This document shows positions 39,047 through 50,100 of a stretch of 64,000 nt of DNA, one piece after another. This DNA comes from Klebsormidium nitens (lineage: Eukaryota > Plantae > Klebsormidiophyceae). The DNA lies in NCBI GenBank assembly GCA_000708835.1, contig DF237142.1, positions 88,537 to 152,536 of the forward strand. Direction: 5' to 3'. Position numbers and translations under genes: made by a program. Under the pieces are notes generated by a model. That model did not search any database and was not told the DNA's origin. It saw nothing but the letters and a program-made list of their open reading frames with translations. Positions within the stretch are counted from its first letter, which is position 1. Every line of letters starts with the position of its first letter.

Positions 39047-41197
39047 CTTCTCACTGCAAAGAGTCTTGGCGTCAGAAATGCACTTGGGGTACCTTATGTT
39101 GATCAAGCGCTTGAGATCGGGAGATGTTGCCAGTCTGGTCTTGGGGCCGCACACGCATCGGCTGTGTGCCCTTCGTAGTAAGCTGCGGCTACCACACCTC
39201 GTGGGGGACGATCGGTGGATTCAAAGAAGGCCCACTTGTAGAGAAGACGGGTCGTCCGAATGGGTCCTTCGAAGTGGGGCTGTCTTTGACGGACCTGCTG
39301 TTAGTGTTTCTTCTTGTATAAAGACGTTTTTCTATGCTTTTGTAAAGCTTTATTATTACCCATCTCCTTTCAAAGCCAAACATCTTGTGTGATTCCAGAC
39401 ATGCGGCTGATATTGCATATCATCGGTTGGTATGACTGCCACCGATCCGACGGTGTGCGCGACACGAAGAACTCAGAGTGATTTGCTAGGTTTCCTGTGG
39501 CATGGCCAGTCATAGGAAAGCTATGATCGTTCAAGTTTGTTGCAGCGCTCAATAACGGCTAGATGATCATCTCCACGTCGTGCATACGTATGCTCACTAG
39601 ACAACAATTGCAGGACAATGAAATCATGCTTAAGGGGTCTCAACTTTGAACATGCCGGTCAATGCAATTGCATGATTTGGTGTTCAGCTTGTGCCAAGTG
39701 ACGTTGCTAGAGCTTAACTACTCAACTTTCAAGCTTTTGGTAGTTATGTCGACTCAGGTTGAAAGCGCGCGGGTTACGGTATGGGTTACGGTATGGACTC
39801 TGCAAATGAATGGCATGACGAATCCCTTGAACTATGACTCTGAGCTTAGATCATGCACCGAGCTCGAGCTAGCCGTCCAACCTCAGGCCATTTGCGCACT
39901 GAGTCCAGTGGTCGGCATGCAATAATTTAAGGCGGCACGCGCCGGTCACTTCATATATGTCAAGCTGCATGAGGTGATAATGTTGTAAATATGTCTGGTG
40001 CTAAGATCGACATCCTACAAGTCCGGTCTGGCTCGAGGCATACACGTGTGCTGCATGATGCAGTTTCTCTCAAATACGCCTTATAGCCAATAAGGCCATA
40101 TAGGCGCTTCTCATGGCACACAAATGTTTTGGAGTGTTCAAGTGAGTTAGTACGCCAGCTAAAATCGATGATTACACTACCTACCCTATTAGGATATAGA
40201 GATGCAGATGCCGGCAGCCTCACATTCACCGCGCAAGCTAGGGATTATATTCCACTTAAACAGTCGACATGAGAAGGCCAATCAAATTGTTCTATCTGTC
40301 AGATTCTCTATTTTCAGTGTATGCACGCTAGACTGCTCCTTATTTGAGAGACAGCTATCACTTCTTCAAGATCGTGAGAGCATCCGCGAATCAAGCCTAC
40401 ATATGCGGCTAGGCGCGTTCACTGGATTAGCATGGCCCGGCGCCGGGCGCTCTGGGGATGGTCAGCACCGCGTATGCAACCGCAGCCTATGATAATGCAA
40501 TGTCCAAGTGGATTCTTGGTGAGATGTCGAGCTGCAGCAGAGAATAAGCTCCTGGAATTCATCTGACCGCCCCAAATACGGTCTGTAAAGTCCACCAATA
40601 TAAGTCATCAACCAAAGTGGAGGCTCACCAAGTTGAGCCCCTCTCACGAACTCCTGATCTCAAGGATGGCATGGATGACCACATGGCCAGCACACTCCGG
40701 TATTGCCGGTCACTACGACCGTTCTCTAATATAGAAACTCCACCTACCCAAGCTTTCTGATCATACCGTACTACAAAACACACTGTTACCTATGCTCGCC
40801 GAAGCTCTGCAACCACTGCCTCCCCGCACGAGCTCAAGCTTTGACGCCGAAAGCCTTTGACGTCGCAACAGGACGGCTCTACCTCTATGGCAACACTGAC
40901 GTCAGCTAATCAAGACGAAACAGGCGCCCTTCCGATCGGCAAAGGTAGAGTACACAACGCTAACCGCTGTTTCCTAAGTCTGCTGACGCCATTTTCAGAG
41001 TCTGCTGGCGCGGAATAACTCTCAATTTAGTGTTGGGTTAGGCTACGTTACACTGCATCAGTTCCCCGGGCTCATATAAACAACATCCTTAACCCAACGG
41101 CAACATGCTCCGTACCGTACCCACCCGAAACCCCCATCCCATCCGAATCGACGTAGCGGGTTTCAACGTAAAATCAGTATCGTGCCTGGCGTGGCAA

Positions 41198-44100
41198 CTA
41201 GTGCGGCGTGCGGGCCTTGAATGCTTCCAAGATCCGCATCCGCGCGCCGAGGGGGTGCACGCCCACCTCCTTGAGCTGCTGCAACGTCAGGCGCGACAGC
41301 ACCGCCAACGTCACCTCCTCCTGCCAGCGTGACGGCAGAATGACGTCAGCGAAGAGCAAAACAGTCTCGCGTGCGGACCTCGTTCTGGCAGCGCCGCGAA
41401 CGATGCCGGTCAGCAAGGTTGGCAACACGATCTGAAGTGATAATCAACGGTGGTCATGATAGGCCTCGTGTGACACTTCCTATTTGCCGTGGTAGAACTG
41501 AAAAGCCGGTGGAGGCCGGAGATATAATGGAAATGATCTTAGGTACATCCTTCAATGAATTTCTACGGCGAGGCTTCAAACAGAAGTATGCTGCTCAGGG
41601 TAAGTTGTTAGCGAGACGAGCCATGTATCTGATCTCCGCCAGCTCAAAAGAAACATCCGAAAGACCGACTCGAGATACTGGTGGCAGATGATCAGACAGC
41701 AACCGTGCAGTTTCACGAAGCATGGCCACTGGGAGCAAGGTCGCCCCAGAAGAAGGCAGCCTTAACAGAGTGCTATAATGATCTCCCATCTCAGGGGCAC
41801 ATACTTGCAATCGCACCTTTTCGACAGCTTCTTTTCCACTTCTAAGCAACTTACGAGGGGGGCTGAGATGTTACCAAGGGGCCGACAGACCGGGGTTCCG
41901 CTGTAGCGAGACGGAACCACTTTAAGATAATCGGGCCAACTTTATTATTGTTGGCTTTCATCGCTCTCACCTGCTCCAGCGTGTCCAGGTAATGTCCGAG
42001 CCCGAGTCCCGTCAAGAACCGCGCAATCTCGCCGGGCGCGTCCCTGCCGCCGGCCAAGTGTCCATTTCCGGACGCGTCCGCCAGCCTGGCACCGTTCGCG
42101 CCCCGCGCTTGCAGGTCGTCGCCCTCTGCTGACGTCACCTCGGGCCGATAGCGGTCGAACCCGGGCGCGCCGCCGGTGTACGTGGATTCGAAGCTGGACC
42201 AGCTCCCGCTGCTCACGTCACTGGCCACGTCAGCCCAGCCACCGGGCGGGGCCCGGGCTTCCGAGCGGTCCCTCTCGTACCGCGCAGCGACGCCGTCCTC
42301 GGAGTAGCTGCGCGTAAGCTCGAGCTGCCACGGGAAGCCGGCCACGTGTCGGCCCTGGATTGGAAGGCTGGAAGCCGCTGCGCCGGGGTATGCGGGGTCC
42401 GATGCGAACCGCGACTCCTCTCTCGCCCAGCCGTCGTCGTGCGCGGCAAACTCCGTGAAAGCCATCCTGCCCCGGGGCGAGCGCGACCCCCCGGGGGACG
42501 TCTTCCCGGACGAGTCCCGCGAAGCCTCGTCCAGGGGAATCCCCCGCGCGGGCACTCTCCAGGGACCCCACCCCGCTCCGCGCAGGGGGCTGGCCGACAG
42601 TGAGCGTTGCGCGCGGTCCTGCCCGGAGGGGCTCCCCCGCGAGGACGAGATTGAGGACGTGGAGCCGCGCGGCGTCCCCAGGTGACTCAGCACCTGCTCG
42701 GTGATCGCCTCCGTCAGCCGCTCCAGCGTCGCCGCGTCTAGTTCGACTCCCTCCGCCAGGCGCGGCTTGGCAGGGACCTTGATGCCGCGCGCGGCCGCCA
42801 CGGCGGCCGCGGCCGCGCGCGTTTGCGAGCTGAGCGGGTCCGGAACCGGGCGCTCGGGGGCGCGATGCTCAGGAGAGCGGTCTTGGCTGGACCCCCCGGG
42901 GGAGACTACCGACGTCTTGCGCCGTTGTCCCGGCTGTTGGGCGAGCGCCTCGGCCTTAGTCCGCTGCGCCGGTGAGCCCGTCGGTTGGGGAGGCGGCGCG
43001 CCTGGGGGGCTGTTCCGCTCGGGCAGCCACTGGCTGACGCTGCGGCGATGCGCTGCGTGGGCGGAACTCGTTGCGACGCGCAGCGGAGCTGGAGCGAAGT
43101 CTGTGTACCTACGGGGCGACCTCTCTGGGCTCCTGCTGCCGTCTTTTTTCGCTGTGAGGGGAGCAACCTGCTCGTCGTCGCTACTCACGCCTTGGTCGTT
43201 CGACAGCGTTCCGTTCGCTTCGGTTCCGGTTCCGTTCTCGAGACTCGGCTTAGTAACCACAGGGAACTCTTCTTCGACGTTCGCCATGCTCCTGTCAGCT
43301 AATGGCAACGCCAGTGGCTTGACCTCCTCTTCCAACCGGGTTAAGTTCAGGGGGATCCCCGCAATGTCCGGGCGCGGCTTCAGCGGGCTCGGATCCCGCC
43401 CTGACCACCGGGGCTTTCTACCGGGCTCTCCTACTCTCCCACAAACTTGCTGCTCCACGCCGGGGGGTGCTCGGTCGTCCTGCCCCGGGCGCAGGTGCGA
43501 GAACCCCTTGTCATGTGCCGGGTCTGCAACAGGGCCCCCGACCGGGGGATCCCTCTCCTCCAAAGACGACCGCTTGGACCCTTCCGGCGTCTCGAAAGAC
43601 GGCCGCTTGGAGCCCTCGGGAGTGCCCGAGTTGCTGACGTCACGGCTGTGCGGGTCCGAGAAGCCGCAAGAGGAGGCGGCCAGGCACACCAGCTCCGTGC
43701 GCGACACGCGCGAGTACTGGCGGAGACTTCCGGACGCGCCCAACACGCCGCCGCCGCCAGCCGCGGGGCCCTCGAGGGCCGCCGCCAGGTTGCGTTGCAC
43801 CATCACGGGCAGGCTGCGCGGGGGGGCCTGCGCGGACAAGGTGCCGACAGGCTGACGTCAGCGGCTGGCATGGCAGCAGAGAGGCTCTGAGGGGTGTGTC
43901 CTTCCCAACACAGTCAGCAGAGAAGTGACTAATAAATGGAGCCATTGGACGAGGAACGAAGTGAGACAGAAGTGAGTCACAGCGAAACTGGAAAGGTACG
44001 GAGATCGGAAGATTCAAGCGCACCAAGAAGACATTGGAAGAGACACCGTTTCGGGCGCACGAAGGTGCGCACTATTATCGTACGATGTTTGCTAAAACAG

Positions 44101-47100
44101 GCGATGCTGAAGGGTAGCATGGCGCCGCATCTGCCGCCCGCAGGTTCTTTGATATCAAACCTAATAAACCAAACACGGCGGATATACCTTCTCCGTTGCT
44201 TGTTCCTCCTTTCGCTTCTCCTCCCGCTTGGGTGCCCCGCGGCTGACGTCATCAGTCGACGGTGGACTCTTCTCAGCCGTTGGTTTCGTCGTGTGTGCTT
44301 TGACTTCCGAGTCCTTTGCACTTGGCGTTTCCTTGGCGAGAGACGTCTCCGCCGGGCGCCCAGCACGTTCAGATTCCGCCTTCGTCCGGCTTCCGTCCGC
44401 TGCCGGCACACCCGCGGGCGCCGTGCCTCTCTCCGGCGGCCCCCCGTCCTCGTGCGGACCGTCCAAATCGGATATGATGCTGGTGTCCGACAGCCGCCGG
44501 ACGTAGCTCCCCGGGTCGCTGCCCAGCATCATCTTCAGGTGCTCCATCCGGGTGTCCTTGGCGGCCGGCGGTGCGGCCGCCTTTCCGGCGACCCCGAAGC
44601 CGACAATCGGGGCAGCGGGGTCGCCTTTCGCACCGGATATGGAGGGCGGGCGCTTTAACACCCAGGCCGTCTTGCCGACCTGCACGAACTTGGTGCTGTG
44701 GAGCTCCAGCTTCGGGCTGCCGTCGCTCACGCGCCGCTCGCTCTCACTTACGGGCGTCGACCCCAGGGATCCCCCTGCCGACGTGGACCGCACGCTCGGC
44801 TTCGGGCTCGGCGTCCCGTTTGCGGGTGCCGGAGACATCCCCTCCAGGGAGGGGCTGGACTCGGGGTACGCCGCTTGGAACGCCTCCCGGTTGATGAGCA
44901 CTTTCAGGTCGGGGGACGAGTAGCTGCGCGAGAGGGGGGAGCGGATGCGTGGGGACGCCGGGTGGAGCGGCCCCCCCGGGGGAGTGATGCGCAGGCTCGT
45001 GAAGCGCGCCCGGGCGGACGCGTCCGCGACCGGGGACACCCCCGGCGGCTCATCGGCCGCGAGTTTGGAGCTTGGCTGAGTCCCGGGATCCTGCACCGGG
45101 GGCCTCTTATCCACTTCTTGCCGCAGCGGCGGAACAGGTTCGGAGCTTGCCCGGATCCGGGAGTCGGAAAGCCTGTTTTCTGTTTCGCTCTGGGCCGGCG
45201 CTTTCTCTTCGGCGCTCTTCTCGCCGTCCTCCTTCCCTTTGTCCTCGGGGACGCGTCCCCCGACCGCCATNTCCAGCCACCANCCCGTACTCGCCGACGG
45301 TCCCCGGTCGCGTCCCCGGACCGTCGACGTCGCGGCGCGGACTCCGTGCGCGCGAGCGCGTTTCGNNNNNNNNNNNNNNNNNNNNNNNNNNNNNNNNNNN
45401 NNNNNNNNNNNNNNNNNNNNNNNNNNNNNNNNNNNNNNNNNNNNNNNNNNNNNNNNNNNNNNNNNNNNNNNNNNNNNNNNNNNNNNNNNNNNNNNNNNNN
45501 NNNNNNNNNNNNNNNNNNNNNNNNNNNNNNNNNNNNNNNNNNNNNNNNNNNNNNNNNNNNNNNNNNNNNNNNNNNNNNNNNNNNNNNNNNNNNNNNNNNN
45601 NNNNNNNNNNNNNNNNNNNNNNNNNNNNNNNNNNNNNNNNNNNNNNNNNNNNNNNNNNNNNNNNNNNNNNNNNNNNNNNNNNNNNNNNNNNNNNNNNNNN
45701 NNNNNNNNNNNNNNNNNNNNNNNNNNNNNNNNNNNNNNNNNNNNNNNNNNNNNNNNNNNNNNNNNNNNNNNNNNNNNNNNNNNNNNNNNNNNNNNNNNNN
45801 NNNNNNNNNNNNNNNNNNNNNNNNNNNNNNNNNNNNNNNNNNNNNNNNNNNNNNNNNNNNNNNNNNNNNNNNNNNNNNNNNNNNNNNNNNNNNNNNNNNN
45901 NNNNNNNNNNNNNNNNNNNNNNNNNNNNNNNNTCGGCCCCGGCGAGCGGCGGGCCGACCGGTCGTGCTGAGGCGAGCGGCGGTCGGGGGCCGTCCTTCGG
46001 GGAGGTCGGTGAGAATCGGGCGACCGACCCCGCGCGCTCCAGCGGCGGCGCGGCCGCGGCGTCGGCAAGCAGCGCGCGGTGTGCGAGCTCCCACTCGCCG
46101 TGCTTCAGCAAGTACGTCTCCATGGGGCCCTTGCCCTTGATGTGCCGCCGGGGCACCTGCAAACATGACAGCAAAAACTAAGGGCGCTAGAAAGCCAAAA
46201 AGCCAAAAGTGTTAAATGAAGCGTTGTCGCACAAGTTCTGCGCCGATTTATGCTCAAAATTGTGGAGGCTGCCTTCAGCCTCTGAATAGACTTTACGACC
46301 GGGGAAATGGCCGGAAGAAGTGCTTACTAACGTTTCTTACGCCGACAAGGCCCACCGTAGATCTATAAAATCGCCGCTCGATCAAAGAGTTGTGAAACGG
46401 CGGGCGCACGGCGCAGAAGTCAGGTACCTCGGGCGCATACGCAAACGTCGTACGATCGCTGGTTTTTCTTTTCGGGGGTCCAAGGATTTGAAGTTACAAG
46501 CATCATGCTGCGGCTCACGGTTGCGAAGTCGAAGAGGTGCTTGGTGAGGTCGTGCGTGGCGGGGCTGCAGTGCACGGCCTGCGCGTAGCCGTTGCTCTCC
46601 ATGCGGCTCGCCGTGTTCACCGTGTCGCCGAAGAAGCAGTACCGCGGACACTTGACGCCGATCACGCCTGCGCGGCGCGGCCAAAACCGGGTTAGCAATG
46701 CTCTAACAAGTGAAATTGCTGAAGTGGCGCATGGGAAGAAAGTGTGCCGCAACACTTGACGTCGACCACGCCTGCGCGGCACGGCGGGAAGCTACGTCAA
46801 CAAGAAGGGAGTGCTTGGATAGATTCGACGTATGAGGAGAAAGGATTGTACCGCGGCAAAGTCCACAAAATCAGAGGCAACCCTAAATACTCGAGAAGAC
46901 CGGCAACCCCTACATCAAGAAACCCCCGGGCTCAAAGAATCCAAAAGCTCCGAGGTAACAAAAACCGAGGAGCCGAGACCGCGGCGGCGCACCTGCGTAT
47001 GCTGGCCCGGAGTGCACCCCGATTCGGATGCGCACCGACTCGCGCTGGTTGGGCTGCTTGATGGCGTGCACGAGCGCGAGCATGTCCATCGCCATACGCA

Positions 47101-50100
47101 GAACGCGGCCCGCGTGGTCCGCCGCGCCGTCGTGGCCCGCCACCACCATGTACGCGTCGCCGATCGTCTCCACCTGGCAAGGGTTGAGGGTTTAGAACTT
47201 CGGGATTAGGGATTGGGGTTACGTGAGCATCCTGGGCTTGAAGCGCTATTGTGGCCCGCCAAAAGCCATGTACGCGTGACGATGTTTACGGGGTCAGAGT
47301 TTAGGATTCGAGCTTTCACATAGGGGTCTCAGGAGGTGTCGGAATCTGTCAGTCCAGTTTGAGGATCTGGGGCTGAATGCGTGGTCATGGCCAGCCACCA
47401 CTCTATACGCGTCCCCAAAGCGGACCAACGCCTCCTTGTGCTCGTGTGCTGGGCCCTGATTTCGCCACTAGCGGCGATCAGATTGGCAGGAGCAACCTTA
47501 GTACTCTGCACAACGAGCCTGGGGAAAAAGGTAAGGAGAGCAAGGCGGAAACAAGAACGCAAGAAGATGAAAGGGCGCGGAAGACGCCGTGGTGGCGGGT
47601 GTACCTTGTAGACGCCGTGCTTGTCGACGAGCTCGTCGAAGCCGGTGAACATGTCGTTGAGCATGAAGATGAGGTCAGCCGTGCGCGAGCAGCCCGCGAT
47701 CTCGGTGAAGCCCACGATGTCGCTGAACAGGATCGTCACCTGCGCGCAGCACACGGGCCGGGACGACGATCAGGGGTTCGTCATTCAGAACCATTTCAAA
47801 GATTGTGAACTCAAGGGCGCCGAACGGACGGATACCTGTAACGTTTACTGAAGTAATTAGCGTAGAGAAGGCGAGAAAGCTTGGCCACGCCCTGAAGGGG
47901 CGAGTGACGGTGTGAAGTTCAAATCAGGAGCGCTTAACATTTGATCTTTCAGAAGGAGAAATGCGGTGGAAAGAGCATTTGCGGAGTTGTGAACAGTGAT
48001 CATCTCCGGCCCCAATTGAACGGGGGCCATGTTTTATTCTTAGAAAATAAGAGAAGGTATCACTGTTCACAGGGCGGAAGCCGCTCCTCTCTAAACCTAA
48101 AAGGCGCGACTTGTGCCACAGCAAAGCTTCTGAGCTTTTGTGATTAGCCGGCTGGGGTGCGCGACACGGGCTAGCGAGGACTCGAAATTTCCGACTCAAT
48201 CGCGTCAATGATAGTTACCATCTGAAACCTTAGAAACGCGAATTAAAAGAGGCGAATCAAGAAGAGGAGTCGATGAAAAACGCTCTGCGCCCCGTGCGAG
48301 GAAGTCGGTGTGAGTCTGCGGCCGATATTGGAAGACCGGCTCAATACCGTCTCAGAAACTTTCGTTTCCAATTCGAAGTTGAAGCTGACAGATAGCAAGC
48401 TCCAGCGAACAGAGGTTTGTCTGCTCCACGCGCGCACCTCGGGGTGGGAGTCCGCGATGAGGGACTGGCCCGAGTTGAGGCGGTGGATGATGGACTCGGG
48501 CAGCATCTTCTTGAGCAGCTGGTAGCTCTTGGCGGCCTCCATCTCCACCTTCCACAGCTTCTTGATCTTCAGCTGCGTCTCGATGCGCGCCAAGATCTCC
48601 AGCCGCTTGAACGGCTGTGCAACGAAACCGGCACGCACAGTAAGTAGAGGTGGGACAAGGCTCGAAGCAGAATGTCAGACTGTTCAATAATGGTGACCAA
48701 ACCAGGAATCAAGTAAAAGAACACTGAGCTTGAGGCGCTTTCCCTGCGAGGGTTCGGGCTTTTCGGACGCTCCATTCAGTACTCAAAGCTGCTGTACGTC
48801 GCTAGAACACCATGGTCGTGAAGAATCAGCGACCCAAACTTATGACTCCCTTTCTCCACGAAGCAGCAAAGGCACGCCCGCAAGTCAGACTGGAGTTCCT
48901 GTCGCGACGGGACGCTGGATAAAACAGAGATACCGCGTTCTTTGGCTCGTTCTGCCGCAATGCGGTTCTCTTGCCCCTGCCTCTCGCAAATCACTCCGGA
49001 AGGTTTCAAACGTGTGCATGGCAAAACGCGCGGGATACTCGAGTCCAGTTGGTATTTGCGCGCTTGCCTTGGTGAGGTAGTCGTTGGCCCCCGCCTTGAG
49101 CCCCTCCACGATGTCCCCTTCCTGGCTCTTGGCGCTCACCATGATCACCGGGAGCGCGCTCGCGGGGAACATCTGCCGCACCTTGCGGCACACCTGCAGC
49201 ACGGCACGTGGCAACATCAGCGACGGCCACGCGGCAAACGAAGCCAAGCACTGGGAACGCGGGAACAAGACGTAAAGCTGGTTCAGATTTCGGACGAGTG
49301 TGTTGCACTGAAGCACTTAACTTCCCATAGTGCCTACCTTTCCTCAACCAGGTCTATGTGACATTTGTCGGACAAACGAAAGAATGAAAGGCTTATACAA
49401 AAGTGGCCGCAGACCGACATCCTTTATCACGTTCCGATTCCAGTTACCGTTGCCACATCCCTGACGACTAAAAGCTGGGAGTTCTCCCCGAGAATTCACT
49501 AAAGGTCCCGGGCTTGAGGGTGTCGGGTTCACAAAGTGAAAATATTGAGCAATCTAAAGGTTTAGGGTTCTCGCAGTTCAGGTTTCTGGAATGCTGCGGC
49601 GCGCACCTCGTATCCCGAGATGCCCGGCATCGAAACGGGGCAGAGGGAAAAGGTTAGGGCAAAGGCAAGCTTATGGGTCAGAATTTTAGGTTTTAGGTCA
49701 ACGTTCCCGAGATTAGGCTTCCCTTTCCATGATGTTAACGATAAAGGCGCGCACCTCGTATCCGGAGAGGCCCGGCATCATGACGTCCAGCAGGATGAGG
49801 TCCGGCGTCGTGTCGCTGCGCTCCAGGTACGCCAGCGCCTCCATGCCGTCCATCTTCTTCGTGATCTGCGCCAGCAGGAGCGCACGTGACGTCAGCAGAA
49901 AGGCACAATGACGTCAGTGGAACGGGACCCGGAAGCGCGGCGCAGGAGTTCCCTCGGTGCGGTGCACTAGCGCCAGGGATGAGAATCGAAACGGCTCTCC
50001 AAAATAACCATTGTTAGACTGCAAAGGTCTGCCACGGAGTTTGTTCTCGAAACCGGGCAAGGTCGCAGAAAACTCCGCAACTGGTTGCAAATTTACGACG

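Noticed and set aside
39770-39796. GGGTTACGGTAT x2 micro-duplication
   Set aside because: Too short and isolated to interpret.
41340-49916. Repeated TGACGTCA (CRE/as-1-like) palindromes in a cyclic-nucleotide signalling gene
   Set aside because: Several sit 20-45 nt upstream of acceptors (41320, 43827, 49865; also EF-P 11234) and read as CTGAC branch points; others are in coding sequence. No need to invoke cAMP-response elements.
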